64,000 bases of DNA, taken from NCBI RefSeq assembly GCF_009914755.1, contig NC_060933.1, one strand, 5' to 3'. The position numbers were made by a program, and so were the translations under genes. The notes beneath the pieces are model-generated. The model was not told the origin of the DNA. It saw only the letters and a list, made by a program, of their open reading frames with translations, and ran no database searches. Of this stretch, positions 48,622 to 62,791 are shown piece after piece (position 1 is the stretch's first letter; each line of letters starts with the position of its first letter). The stretch comes from the human T2T-CHM13v2.0 reference genome, Homo sapiens.

Positions 48622-49765
48622 TAGGATTGGATCCAGGTTTTGTGAGATAATTTTTAAGGAAAAAATACAAAATTACACACTTCAAATTAGATACAAAAGT
48701 ATTTCTTTAGAATGAGGAAACAAACCACAACAAATGACAAATTTTAAAGAGCTGCCAAATACTATAAACATTACCACATTTTAAAAAATGACATACTATT
48801 TTTAATCAATCAACTGCTTTAAATATTTTGGCAGTAAACTCTTGATATCGCCTTTTATATGACAATGATTTTATAAGATTATCTTCTAAATAAAGAATAG
48901 AAAGATAATTCAGTCTTTGGTTTAGCATGGTCAATCAAAATTTATTTTTTTATTATTGAGAATTGGGAAACAAAACACGTGACATCGCAAATAGATATAC
49001 TATTTGTAGTATAGCTTTAAGCTTGTGGTCTCCATCTCAAAATTTTGATCAATTCTATTCCATACAATTTTAATCTAAGAAAGCATGGATTATTTATAAT
49101 GATATATATGTTACATGATTGAGTATATTTTTGGCAATAGAACTTTTATTTTGCCTTGGTACCATTATGTTTCTAATGCTCCAATATTGAGCTAAATAAA
49201 TGCTCTGCTATTTATCTAAATAAATGCTACGTATTACACGTCTGATGATGGGAAGACTTTTCCACAGACTAACTTCTGGCTCCTTAAATTTCAAGTTTTA
49301 TTTTTCCTCTCTGTATCATACTGAGTAAGATTGCTCATGCTCATATTGCAAGACAACCAAAGGCCCTGAAACTCTGTGTCACAAATCTAGATGAGTCAGC
49401 ATAGTGGGTGGCTAGGAACTTTCCCAGAAGCTACTCTATAGAAGAAACAGTGGCAATAATTTCATACAGGAGTGTCTGTGGACAACATAAGTTTATCCCA
49501 CTAAATCTGAACTAACATTATCCCTGGCACAACTGCCTCTTAGCTAGATCTTGAAAGTGCCTGGGGCAATGACCAGAGGAGAATGTAATGGAGGGTAAAT
49601 CATAGAAAAAAAGAGGCATAGTCTTAACTAATTACACTTAAAATATGCTACTTTTGCAGATTTTACAAAAACATGTGACTATGTGAATTCATTCAGGTTC
49701 CAGGGTCCTGCAAGTGATGGGCATTGAAACCAAAGCTTCATTAATTCTTGGTAAATTCACTTCTG
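48622..49765. mobile_element. Zaphod/MER115-like hAT-Tip100 fossil inserted in an L2
   Basis: Ends GGATCCAGGTTTTGTG and AAGCTTCATTAATTCTTGGTAAATTCACTTCTG resemble recalled Zaphod termini; L2 resumes on both sides. Confidence 0.6.
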
Positions 49766-50696
49766 GTTGACAGAGGGAAGAATCGTACATCATTCCTAGG
49801 TTTCTGGCTTGAGTAACTCAAGTCAGACTCTTGTGTAAAACACTTTATTTGAGGTTTATGCCATTTACTTAGAAAACCAAGTTTTCTGGTTGGCGCCAGG
49901 AAAGAGAATCCTGCCACAGCATGCTGCCTGACCCAGGAAGCTTCTCCTCTGTGGGCCAGATACTTCTTTCTTCTATGTAGAGGCACCAGACAGTCTGATG
50001 CAGGGAAACTTTTTCTGCCCCTTCATGTAGCACCATCACTGGCATGAGATAAATCAAGCAGATGAAAATAGTACAATGAGAGCCTTGAAAATTAAATTGT
50101 AATTGGAACCACAACCTACAAAAGTAGGCAAGGATCTGCGCGCTAAACCTAAACTAGGTGACTGGCTGCTAAAATAAAGTGTTTACATAGAATCCAGAGT
50201 CTCCCAAAATAATAGCCAAAATTTTAGGCTACAATTCAAAAAAAAAAATCATCCAACACTAATAACCGGGAAAATCACAGCTAGAATGAAAAAAGACAAT
50301 ATACTAACACCATTCAAGATGAATCAGACATTGGAATTAACCCACAAAGATTTTAAGCTGCCATCTTAACAATGTTTCAAAAAGCAATAACAAATTCTGT
50401 TGAAACAAACGAAACAATGTAAAGTCACAGAAAAGAAACAGAAGATATAAAAAGAGAATGACATAGAAAATATAGAAGTAAAAACTTGCTGAAAGTCTCA
50501 ATAGTAGGATGGAGAGATGGAGGTGACAGAGATACAATCAATAAACTTAAGGACAGATTAATATTATCTACCCAATATGAATAACACAGAGAAAATAGAC
50601 CCCCCCCCCAAAATAAAAACTAAACATAAGCTCAGGGAAATTTGGAAGAATAATATAAAACCCAATATTGGGTTATTGGGGGCATTTATTATATTA

Positions 50697-51045
<349 letters not shown>

Positions 51046-51135
51046 ATAGTGATTTGTCTCCCAAATTTGATAAAAATAAATAAAAACAAAATAAAAATTA
51101 AAAAAAAAAAACTCCTATATATTTAAGAGCCTGAG

Positions 51136-51901
51136 TGATGTAGTTTGGATATTTGTTCCCACCCAAATCTCATGTTGAATTGTAATCCCCAGTGCTGGAG
51201 GTGGGGCCTGGTGGGTGGTGTTTGGATCATGGGGGTGGATCCCTCATGACTTGATGCTGTCTTCACAATAGTGAGTGAGTTCTCGCAAGATCTGGTTGTT
51301 AAAAAGTGTGTGGCACCTCTCCCCACAGTCTCTCTCACTTGCGCCTCCTTTCATCATGTGATGTGCCTGTTGCCCCCTTGCTTTCTGCATTCGTTGAAAG
51401 CTCCATGAGGTTTGGCCAGAAGCTGAGCAGATGCCAGCACTATGTTTCCTGTAAAGCCTGCAGAACCTTGAGCCAATTAAATCTCTTTTCTTTACAAATT
51501 ACTCAGTCTTAGATATTCCATTATAGTAATGCAAGAGTGGCCTCATACAGAAAATTGGTACCAGGACTGGGTCATCGCTATAATGATTTCTGAAAATGTG
51601 GAAGAAGCTTTGGAACTGGGCAACAAACAGAGGTTGGAAGAGTTTGGAAAGCTCAGAAAAAGCATGTAGCACCCTCCCCATCTCTCTTGCTTGTTCCTGC
51701 TCTCATCATGTGAAGTGCTTATTCCCCTTTTGCCTTCTGCCATGATTGAAAGCTCCCTGAGGTTTCACCAGAAGCCAAGCCAATGCCAGCACCATGCTTC
51801 CTTTAAAGCCTGCAGAACCTTGAGCCAATTAAACCTCTCTTCTTTATAAATTACCCAGTCTCAAGTGTTCCTTTATAGCAATGCAAGGACAGACTAATAC
51901 A
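51136..51901 (+). mobile_element. MSTA-like MaLR provirus, internally deleted (5' LTR 51136-51549, ~115 bp internal, partial 3' LTR)
   Basis: TG..CA ends, GAAAATTGGTACCAG internal start, second LTR 3' half, single perfect TSD CTGAG (51131-35, 51902-06). Confidence 0.9.
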
Positions 51902-52333
51902 CTGAGAAACCAAAAATAGGACAAACTGAAAGAAATCCATGCCAAGGTATATTAAATTTCTGAGAAACACACCAAAAAATCTCAAAAGAAACCAGAGAAC
52001 AACAGTATGTTACCAACTGGGGAGTACCAATCTGAACGACAGTTTACTTCTTATCTGCAACCATGCTGGCCAGAAGGCTTGACACATTTTTCAAGTGCTG
52101 AAACAAAATAGTTGTCAATATTAAATTTTATATTCAGCAAAACTATCCTTCAGGAATGAAGTGAAAATAAAAACATTCTCAGATAAAAGAAAATGGAAAG
52201 AATTTGTGGCTAGCACACCTGCTCTTCAAGAATAGCTAAAGATTTTCTTCAAACAGAAAGGAAATGATAAAATAATCAATTTTGAGCATAAAGAAAAAGA
52301 AAAAGCATTGTAATGAACAGAAATATGAGTACA

Positions 52334-52512
52334 AGCTCACACCTGTAATCCCAGCTACTTGAGAGGCTGAGGCAAGAGCATCACTTGAGCCCAGAAGTTT
52401 GAAGCATCAGTGAGCTATGTTCACACCACCGCACTCCAACCCAGGTAACAAAGTGAGTCACCATCTCAAAAAAAAAAAAAACAACAACAACAACAACAAC
52501 AACAACAAAAAA
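52334..52512 (+). mobile_element. Alu monomer (FRAM/FAM-type) with A/(CAA)n tail
   Basis: Single arm; TSD AAATATGAGTACA/AAATGTGGGTACA. Confidence 0.88.
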
Positions 52513-53899
52513 ACAAATGTGGGTACATACACTAGACTATCCTCATGAATTTTGTAAATCATATTCAGTGATTGAAACAAATAACACCATCATATACCCA
52601 AGACAATGCTGTTCTGAAGTGGGGAGGGTAAAGGGAACTAAACAGAAGAAAGGTTTCTACACTTGACTCAAAGTAATAATGAAATGTTGACACCAGTAGA
52701 CTGTAATAAGTCACATATATATTTTTAATACCCAGATCAATTGCTATGAGAACTATACAAAGAGATAACACTTAAAAGCACTATAAATGAATCAAGATAG
52801 AGTACCAAAAAATGTTTAAGTAATCTGTAGGAAGTCATAAAAGAAAACCAGAGGAATAAGAACCACAAGAAACAAATAGAAAACAAATAATAAAATGGCA
52901 AATTGCCTTAAATGCAGATGGTCTAAATATGCCAATTAAAAATAAATAAAAAATATAACCCAGTTATTTTCTGTTTATAATAAACTCACTCAAAATTCAA
53001 CAACGTAGGTTGAAAATAAAAGGTTGAAAAAATATACCATGCAGATATTAATTTTTAAAAAGCAGGAGTATCTATATTAATATCAGATAAAGCAGACATT
53101 ATAGCAAAGAATATTATTACAGGCAAAGAGACACATTACATAATGATAAAATAATCAATTCTCCAGGAAGTCATAACCATCCTAATGTGCATATACCAAA
53201 CAGCAGAATCTCAAAAATACATGAAATAGAAATCAAAAGAGCTGAAAGAGAAAGACAAATTCACAGTTACAGTTAGGTCTCTAACACCCATCTTGGCAAG
53301 CATAAAACTAATAGAAAATCAGCAAGGAAATAGAAGACTTGAACAATGTAATAAACTAACAAAAAATTGACATCTATAGAAGACTCTACCCAGCAAGGGC
53401 AGGATGGACATCTTTTTCAAGTGCCCATGGAACGTTTACCAAAATAGACCATTTCCTGGGCCATAAAACAAACTTCAATAATTTAAAATCATTTGAAATC
53501 ATATAAAGCGTGTTCTCTGACCATAGTGGAATCAAACTAAAAATAAATAACAGAAAGACAAGAGGAACATTTCCAAACACTTGAAAATCAAACAACACAC
53601 TTCTAAATAATGTATCAAAGAGTAAGTCCTGAAATAAATTATAAAATACATAAAGCTGAATGAAAAGTAAACCATACCGTATTAAAATATGTGGAGTGCT
53701 GCCAAAGCAGTGCCAAGAGGGTAATTTATAGTACTAGATGGATACAGTAGAAAAAAGACAAGTTCCCGAACCAATTATAGAAGTTCCCACCTCAGGAAAT
53801 TCTAAAACTATGAGCAAAATAAACTCCAAGCAAATAGAAGGTAAAACCAACAAACAAAAAACATTGACTCCCCTTAGTTACTTTACTTCTGTTGTTACT

Positions 53900-55740
53900 A
53901 GGCTTAGGTTCTGTTGCCCAGCACTATATTTTCTTACAATTCTCATTGATTACTTTCCCATATCTCTTATTTTGTATATAGCCAGAAAAAACCTCTAACC
54001 TCTTTAAACAAATTAATTACTCCATATTTGTTTACAACACCTTGATATTACTGGAGAATATCACAACAGTACTGTCCAGAGTCATTTCAAAGTCCATGAT
54101 CATACACCTCAAATGGTCAATTAACACGGCCAAACAAACCTACCCCAATTCTCTAGTAAATTTACTTTTCCATTTTCTAACTGGATGATTTCAAATCTTC
54201 AACATCCCATTCCCCCTTGCTCTAAGTTAATGACTTCTCTCGTGTTTTATACAAAAAATAGTTCCACTCCAATAAGAACTACCTCATTGTCCAACCAGAT
54301 ATTCCATCAGCCCACTTGTATCTGCACACACATGTTGGCCTCCCTTCTAATTATAATAGAAAGGTGGCTACTCCCTTCTATCTTAGCCCAACATCGCCAC
54401 TTATTAAGAACTTTTTGCTTCTGTCTTTTATTTCTTTATTACATTATTTTTTTTCTCTCTCTCTCTCTGCTGGATCCTTCCTACACAAATTCAAGCATGC
54501 TTTGAGATTACCCATCAAAACAAACAACATAAACAAAAAAAACGAACAAAAACCTTCTTTTGACTTCATGTTCCAGCTACTGCTCGTTTATCTGCTTGCC
54601 TTCACAGAAAAATGGGACATTTTGTATCCTCATTGTCTCTACTTTTTCACCTCTCATTTTATCCTCAAAATCATTCTAATCGGTCGTTTCTCCTAACCAT
54701 AAAATGGACCCTATCTCACCAGTGACCTCATTTTGCTAATGCTAATGATCATCTTACTTGAACTCTTAATATTTGGCATCGTGCATTATTGCTTCCTTCT
54801 TGACACATATCCTTCACTTGGTTTCGAGGATATCATGTTTTCTGGCTTTTGTCTTATCTCTGGCTGCTTCACCTCAAACTTCTTCACCTCCTCTCTTAGA
54901 CCTCTAAGTGTTTTGGTGACACAAGGCCCTGACCCTTGCTCTCTTCTCACCTCTATGATCTTATGTGGGTAATTTCAACTAATCCAGGGACTTAAATAGC
55001 ATTGTTAGAAGATAGCCCACATTTATATCTCCAGCCTAGCCTTTTTTGAGCACCAAGCTCTTACATGCTTCTTGATATTTCAATACAGGTGTATAATAGA
55101 AAACTGAAACTTAAAACAAACATGGTGGCTGGACACAGTGGTTCACGCCTATAATTCCAGCACTTTGGAAGACCAAGGTGGGAGGATCACTTTAGGTCAG
55201 GAGTTTGAGACCAACACAGGGAGATCTAATCTCTACAAAAAACTAAAAATTAACCCGGCGTGGTGGCACACACCTGTGATCCCAGCTACTTAGGAGGCTG
55301 AGGTGGGAAGATCACTTGAGCCTGGGAAGTTGAGGCTGCCATGATAGTGCCACTGTATTCCAGCCTGTGTGTCAGAGTGAGACCCAGTCTCAAAAACAAA
55401 AAGAAAAACAGAAACAAAAAAAAAAGAATATGGCCAAAGTGATGTATTCATACCCTTTCTCAATTTGCTGCTCTTTGGAAGCAACTACAGTGCAAATTTT
55501 TAGTGAAGAGCAGTCTTCTGCCTCGCACTAAAGAGAGATCATCTATCTATTTGCACAAAATAAATTACAGGTTTGGGGATCCTTGAAACTTCTTTCCCTC
55601 AAAACCTATATCCAATCCACCAGTAAGTGCTGTTGGTTCAAATTTCATTATGTCCTGAATTTGCCCAGTTACTACCATCTCCACAGCTATAACCTTAGTC
55701 CACATCACCTACTCACCTCACATTTACTGAACAACTGACC
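53900..55740 (+). mobile_element. L2 LINE, long fragment interrupted by AluJ
   Basis: CTTCCTTCTTGACAC..TTCACTTGGTTTC, ATATCTCCAGCCTAG, ATCCAATCCACCAGTAAG. Confidence 0.7.
55127..55425 (+). mobile_element. AluJ-type
   Basis: GGAGGATCACTT..GGAGTTTGAGACCAAC (short deletion), J-type right arm. Confidence 0.88.
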
Positions 55741-56694
55741 TTCTCAATTCATTTAAAACTGAGACATGGCTGGCAAGTTATTTTAAAACAGTCATACCTT
55801 AACCTTCTCCAGGGTCACATATTGTGCATATGTTTTTGTTTTTAATTTGGGTCTTAAAAGATATTTTAGGAAGAAATTTGGAGAAGCAACTTCAAATGTC
55901 ATTTTAGACTGAAAATGTCTGAGCTCACATTTCAAAAAGACAAACAAATAGCAGAATGAGGAATAGATAGCCAATGGTGAATTTAAAATACCTGCATGGG
56001 TCTTTAGGAATCATTTAAGGCATAAACTGTCATGGAGTTAAAGTTTGTGTAATATAATACGGCAAAAAGAGGGGGATTTAAAAAAGTGGTACTCATGAGC
56101 AAGAAGAACGAACAGGAAGTGGTAGGCCCTGTGCTTGAGACAGATGGGGATAACAGACGCTAAAAACAAAGCAGGACTACTTCGTTCCTCTTCGGTCTGT
56201 CTTCTGCGTCAAAGACAATGGTCTTCAGACTGACTCAAGAGCCTAGATCAAACATGTTTAAAGGGGGAACTGATGTCAAAGATATGGGAAGATAGAGAAC
56301 ATCAAGTGCCCTGGCTGAAATAAACTGCACTCCAGGGCTGGAGTGAACCAGGGAATGAGACTTTTGCACCAGTAAACTGTTACCAGTGAAGAATGGTGGT
56401 GAGAGGGAGAGGTGTTGCCAGACTGGAGAGAAACAACTGCAGTGCAAATTTTTAATAAAGGAAAAAGGTAAATTCTGTAAGTATAGATCAGTGAGCCTGA
56501 CATTAATCCCTGTGCAAAATTATACACTGGATTATTAAAATGGATGGTTTTTCAAACAGTATAAAAAGACAGCATGTAAATTCTTACAAAGGGAAGTGGT
56601 ATTTATTCACCAGGACCCAGCATGTGCTCCTTAAGATTAAGCTGTACCAGACTAACCTCATTTTCTTTGGGGTGGGTTAACTGCTACTGTTAAG

Positions 56695-56915
56695 AAGAGC
56701 TAATGTTTAAGCATTTATTTGATGTTAGGCTGTAGGTTAAGTGCTTTACATGCATTTTCTCATTTAATCTGAAGTATTATTTCTCCCCATTTTATACATG
56801 AGGAACTATTTAGTAACTAGCTGAAGACAACACAACTAAAAATTGGAGACTATGTTTTAAGCATAGGTAGCCACATTTCAGAACCCACGGTCTTAATCTT
56901 TATGCTATGATGCCA
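56695..56915 (-). mobile_element. MIR SINE
   Basis: TAAGTGCTTTACATGCATTTTCTCATTTAATC..CCCCATTTTATACATGAGGAA. Confidence 0.7.
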
Positions 56916-57218
56916 CTAAAGAGTACATAATGGATACAACCAAAGAATGCTATTGAAACTGTACACCTGAATGATGACTATGGCAGTAAGATAGAAAAAG
57001 CTAAACTAGATAATGGTACACTTAGGATGGTCCATAAACAATGGAATGACCGTTTTCAGAGTACTGATTAATATGTCATTTTCTATTCCTAAAAAAGTCT
57101 CTACTGATCTTATATCAGAACCACATTCCTATTGTTTGTTAACATTTTCACAATTCGTCTAAATACATCAATGGCATATTATCAAATTTGTGAGTGACCT
57201 AAAATCTGGTTGGCTAAA

Positions 57219-58021
57219 TGATATGGTTTGGATGTGTGTCCCCACCCAAATTTCATGTTCAGTTGTAATCCTCAGTGTTGGAGGTGGGGTCTACTGGGTG
57301 GTGATGGGCTCATGGGAGTGAGTCCTCCATGAATGGCTTAGCACCATCCCTTTGGTGCTGTTCTCATGATAGAGTTCTCATGAGATTTGGTTGTTTAAAA
57401 GTGTATGGCACCTCCCTGCTCTCTCTTCCTCCTGCTGTGGCCATAAAAGGTGTGCCTGCTTCCCCTTTGCCTTCTGCCATGATTGAAAGTTTCTTCAGGT
57501 CTCCCTAGAAGTAGCTATACTTCCTGTACAGCCTGCAAAACTGTGAGCCAATTAAACCTCTTTTCTTTATAAATTACTCAGTTGCAGTGATATGGTTTGC
57601 CTCTGTGTCCCCACCCAAATCTCATATCTAATTGTAATCTCCACATGCCAGGGGAGGGAGCTGGTGGAAGGTAATTGGATCATGGGGGTGGATATCTCCC
57701 TTTCTGTTCTTATGATAGTGATTCCAATGAGATCTGATGACTTAAAATTGTGTGGCACTTTCCCCTTATCTCGCTTTCTCTCCTGTTCTACCATGGTAAG
57801 ACATGCTTGCTTCTCCTTCATCTTTTGCTATGATTGTAAGTTCTCTGGGGCCTCCCAGTCATGATTCCTGTTAAGCCTGCAGAACAGAGAGTCAATTAAA
57901 CCTCTTTTCTTCATAAATTACACATTCTCAGGTAGTTCTTGATAGCAGTGTGAGAATGGACTAACACACTCAAGTACTTTCTTTTTTTTTTTTTTTAGCA
58001 ATGTGAGAAAGGACTAATACA
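57219..58021 (+). mobile_element. MSTA/MSTB-like solo LTR (outer), split near its 3' end
   Basis: TGATATGGTTTGGATG start, GGACTAATACA end, TSD CTAAA/CTAAT. Confidence 0.85.
57588..57968 (+). mobile_element. THE1D-like solo LTR nested in the MST LTR
   Basis: 381 bp, TGATATGGTTTG.CTCTGTGTCCCCACCCAAATCTCAT start, GGACTAACACA end. Confidence 0.85.
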
Positions 58022-58147
58022 CTAATATTGATGACAGAATAGGATTCCCAAAAGATCTTAGCATGTGTGGAATTAAAACAAGATGCAGCTTATTAGGATA
58101 AATGCAAAAAACGATCACTTAGATTTTTAGAAATCTACCCAATATCA

Positions 58148-58728
58148 GTGTGGCAGTTCCTCAGGGATCTAGAACTAGAAATACCATTTGACCCAGCCAT
58201 CTCATTACTGGGCATATACCCAAAGGATTATAAATCATGCTGCTATAAAGACATATGCACACGTATGTTTATTGTGGCACTATTCACAATAGCAAAGACT
58301 TGGAACCAACCCAAATGTCCAACAATGATAGACTGGATTAAGAAAATGTGGCACATATACACCATGGAATACTATGCAGCCATAAAAAATGATGAGTTCA
58401 TGTCCTTTGTAGGGACATGGATGAAGCTGGAAACCATCATTCTCAGCAAACTATCGCAAGGACAATAAACCAAACACCGCATGTTCTGACTCATAGGTGG
58501 GAATCGAACAATGAGAACACATGGACACAGGAAGGGGAACGTCACACACCGGGGCCTGTTGTGGGATGGGGGGAAGGGATAGCATTAGGAGATATACCTA
58601 ATGCTAAATGACGAGTTAATGGGTGCAGCACACCAACATGGCACATGTATACAAATGTAACAAATCTGCACGTTGTGCACATGTGCCCTAAAACTTAAAG
58701 TATAATAATAATAAAATTAAAAAAAAAA
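58148..58728 (+). mobile_element. L1PA3-like 3' end, heavily 5'-truncated (~580 bp)
   Basis: ORF2 C-terminus ([15 protein letters not shown]), 3'UTR, poly-A; perfect 17-bp TSD AAATCTACCCAATATCA (58131-47, 58729-45). Confidence 0.95.
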
Positions 58729-59799
58729 AAATCTACCCAATATCACATGGGGAGAAAAATGAGAGCTAATAACAGTACATTAGTTGCTGTTTCTCATGTT
58801 GTCAGGGCAAACTCAGGCCAATGGTGAAACTTTCACCAAGCCCAAAATGTTGAAGAAGCTTAATACCAGATCCTTGAACTGACACCTTACTGAAGGGCTC
58901 CAAGATCACAGGCGGAGAAAACAATGCTAACGATTAAGTCCAGAGAGTAAAGCAGGGAGAAGTACTAGAAAACAAGCAACCAAGAAGCTTAGAACTTGTG
59001 AGAATTTTTAAAGCGGAAGAGGGAGAAAAAGATTCAGTAAAACCAAACTCTTTCATTCTCTTTTTTTCCTCATATATGCACTCTCTTTTCTCTCCCATCT
59101 TACATGTGTAGTGGAAGGCCTTCTATTACCAAGGGCTTTCATTATTTTTCTTACACATACTATAGTCAGGCCTTCAAGTGGGTTCTGTAGCACACAATAT
59201 TTCTTGGTTTATTTTGTTATTTTAATTTTTTTAATAAAATATTTTAGCTTTATAATAAAATATCTCACAAGTGTAGTATTTTGAAGAATTTTAGGTTTGA
59301 ATATGCATGCGTCTCTTGAGGTTAAGCGAAGCCAACTTTCAGTGTCTGATAGCCGCACTGCACTGAAACTGTCTTTTTGTTTGGTTCCTATAGGTGTTTT
59401 GGGAAGTATGCATTGCAGCTCAAAGGAGCTTTGAATCATGTGAAAAATATTTTTGATAAAAATATGAGTAAACAGTATGATGTGGCTACCAAATAAACTG
59501 AGTTTTGATACTACATTAGCAAAATTATACAGAAAGAAGGAACTAATTATCTCTTTGCATTTATACTGGAGCCCACACATGGACTAATGCTAGGTTCTGA
59601 CACTTTAAAAGGATGAATAGGCACATCTGTATTTCCAGAGGTAACCTGGGTCATGAAGCAATTTGGAATCATGTAATATGAGAAATTCTTGAAGAAATTG
59701 GATTTTTTTTTCTGGAGAAGATATTAGTGTTTATCAAACTGTAAAAGCAACTGAAACAATAATAACTTAAAATATCAGGTAGAAAATTGTGAGTTTTAC

Positions 59800-60020
59800 C
59801 AATGGGAATGTAGTGTAGTGGCTGAAAGCACAGGTTCTGGATTTCGACTGCCTGAGGTTATAGCCCAGGTTTACTACTTGCTAGCCATTTAACCTTACAC
59901 AAGTTAATTAACTGCTCTGTGCTGTAGTTTCTCCATCTGTAAAACTGTCAAGGTAGTAGTACATGTCATTAGGATTAAGTAAATTAAGCTATGTAAAACA
60001 CAGATAACATTGGATGACAC
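59800..60020 (+). mobile_element. MIR SINE
   Basis: GTAGTGTAGTGGCTGAAAGCACAGG..CAAGTTAATTAAC..AGTTTCTCCATCTGTAAAA. Confidence 0.75.
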
Positions 60021-60343
60021 CAATGGTTAGGCAGCAGATACATTTATTAGTAAAGTGCAATGGAAATTTTCCTCTTGCTGGATAAGAGTAAACTAATGAT
60101 TAGACTTGAGGATGGCTTAACTAAGAAAGAAAGTGATCAAGAAGGTAAGAGTAGTAATGATTGGTTTTGAGAATTTAATTTTCTGTGCTTATCATGGAAT
60201 AAATTTAGCTGAATTAAAATGCATTATAATTACAAGAGTTAGGATATCTTAAAATATCTAGTGAGGCTGTATAACCTAGCAAGATCAAACAAACTCATTG
60301 CTATTGGATTTTAAGAAATTGGATTGTCAAGAAGATAAGTAAT

Positions 60344-60705
60344 CAATATGGCTTGGCTGTGTCCCCACCCAAATCTCATCTTGAATTATAGCTCTCATTA
60401 TTCCCACATATTGTGGGAGTGACCTGGTGGGAGACAACTGAATCATGGGGGCAGTTTTCCCCATACTGTTCTCGTGGTAGTGAGTAACTCTCACGAAATC
60501 TGATGGTTTTATAAGGGGAACTCCCTTTTGCTTGGCTTTCATTCTGTCTTGCCTGCTGCCATGTAAGATGTGCCTTTCGCCTTATGCCATTATTCTGAGG
60601 CCTCCCCAGCCACGTGGAATTGTGAGTCCCTTAAACCTCTTTTTGTTTATAAATCACCCAGTCTTGGGTACACCTTTATCAGCAGTGTGAAAATGGACTA
60701 ATACA
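60344..60705 (+). mobile_element. THE1B-like solo LTR
   Basis: 362 bp, GGCTGTGTCCCCACCCAAATCTCATCTTGAATT, ATGGACTAATACA end; perfect TSD GTAAT (60339-43, 60706-10). Confidence 0.9.
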
Positions 60706-61708
60706 GTAATCTTGCAAGCCTGCACAAACTTGCGCTTTGTATAAAAAGCCACAATAATAAAACTTGTTGAGAATATCCTACCAAAATTACTATGAAAGTT
60801 ATCTCTCCCTTTTACTATGAGCAGAGGTGGCCCATTAGAATAATATGGTTGTCTCTGGATTATGTATAATAAGAAAATGTGTGTATACAAATAAAATGCA
60901 TTTATTATGAAGTAAATTTTGTCATACCTCTTGGCAATTGATTTTTCATGTCCACTGTGTACTTTGTTTGAAATCTTCTTCCCCCAAATGTCACGTTTGG
61001 AAATAGGAGCATTTTATTTGACAAAGGTAAGAGTTGGAGATCATTAACTGCTATCTTTAAATAAGTTAAATTTATGGTATAGCAGAGTAACTGGACTTTT
61101 AATAAGGTTTTAGAAGTCAAAATAAAGACACTAGTGTGAATGATGGTGGGTTTCAATTGTCTCCTGGGCATTTTGGTCTATTGGGTTAGGAGAGTAGGGG
61201 TCCCAGAATGTTCTGTTTCTTTTCCTCCTTTAACAAATTTTATTGAACACTTACTAGTGCTAACCTCTTTTCTAAGCCCTGAAGAAACAGTAGCAACAAG
61301 ACAGACAACATCTCTGCTCTCAAAGAATTTACATTCTAGTGAGGAGACCCAATAAATAAATAAAGAAGAAAACTCCAGAGAGTAAGTGTTAGTAGAGAAT
61401 TAAATGGGACATAAAGAGTAAAAAACTAGATGACTACTTTGAATAGAGTGGCCAGGAAGACCTCTCTAAAGCACTGACATCTCAACTGAGATATCTGTCA
61501 TAATGAGGAGCTGGAACTGTGAGGATCAAGAGAAAAAAAAAAACTATTCCAAAAAAAGAGAAGAGCTGGTACAAAATTCTTAAGGTGAGAGAGAAGATGA
61601 GTTTTGCGGAAAGATCGTAGACAGGGTAGATAATGTTTACAGAAACTTCAGAGGTGCCAAGTCGAGATCATTTATGACATTGTAGGACAAGGTAAGAAAT
61701 TCAGATTT

Positions 61709-61992
61709 GGCTTGGTTTGGTGGCTGACACCTGTAATCCCAGCACTCTGGGGGAGGATCACTTGAGCCCAGAAGTTCAAGATCAGCCTAGGCAACATAGT
61801 GAGAACTCATCTCTACAAAAAGTAAAAAAATTAGCCGGGCGTGGTGGTACACCTGCAGTCTGAGCTACTTAAGAAGTGGAGTTGGGAGGATCACTTGAGC
61901 CTGGCATATCGAGGCTGCAGTGGGCCATGATCATGCCACTGCACTCCAGCCTGAGTGACAGAGAAAGACCCTGACTCAGAGAAAAAAAAATA
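61709..61992 (+). mobile_element. AluJ-type with short left-arm deletion
   Basis: CACTCTGGGGGAGGATCACTTGAGCCC; TSD AAATTCAGATTT/AAATTTAGATTT. Confidence 0.88.
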
Positions 61993-62342
61993 AATTTAGA
62001 TTTTATCTATGATCAGAAGCTAGCCATTTAGGTTTTAATCATAAGAGTGACATGATCTGATTTATTTTAAGTAAATAATTCTTGCTATTACATAAAAAAT
62101 ATAGAAAGCAAGAGTGCAAGCAGGGAAACCAATAAGAAGTTTGTAGCAAAAGTCCAGGTGAGAAATAGAGGTGACTTAGAGGGAGGTAGAAATAATGGAG
62201 ATAAAGAGAAATGATCAAATTTGGTGTAGCTTTTAGAGTTAAAGATGATGGAACTTTGGGGATAGATTGGAAAGACAAAGAGCTAAATTATGAATGTATT
62301 CTAAGTTTTTGACCTGAGCAACCTAATAGAAGAGGTACAGTT

Positions 62343-62791
<449 letters not shown>

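Larger units (their letters stand above)
57000..59720 (+). mobile_element. L3/CR1 LINE fossil, fragmented (~57000-57218, 58022-58147, 59340-59720)
   Basis: TTATCAAATTTGTGAGTGACCTAAAA (IKFADD-like), GACAGAATAGGATTCCCAAAAGATCTT, CAGTATGATGTGGCT, GAAGAAATTGGA..TTT..CTGGAGAAGA. Confidence 0.6.

Noticed and set aside
54185-54972. Cluster of 79-126 aa plus-strand ORFs
   Set aside because: Lie in decayed L2; low-complexity hydrophobic translations without splice structure
58822-58838. Palindrome TGGTGAAA-C-TTTCACCA
   Set aside because: 8-bp arms are expected by chance about once in 64 kb; no context
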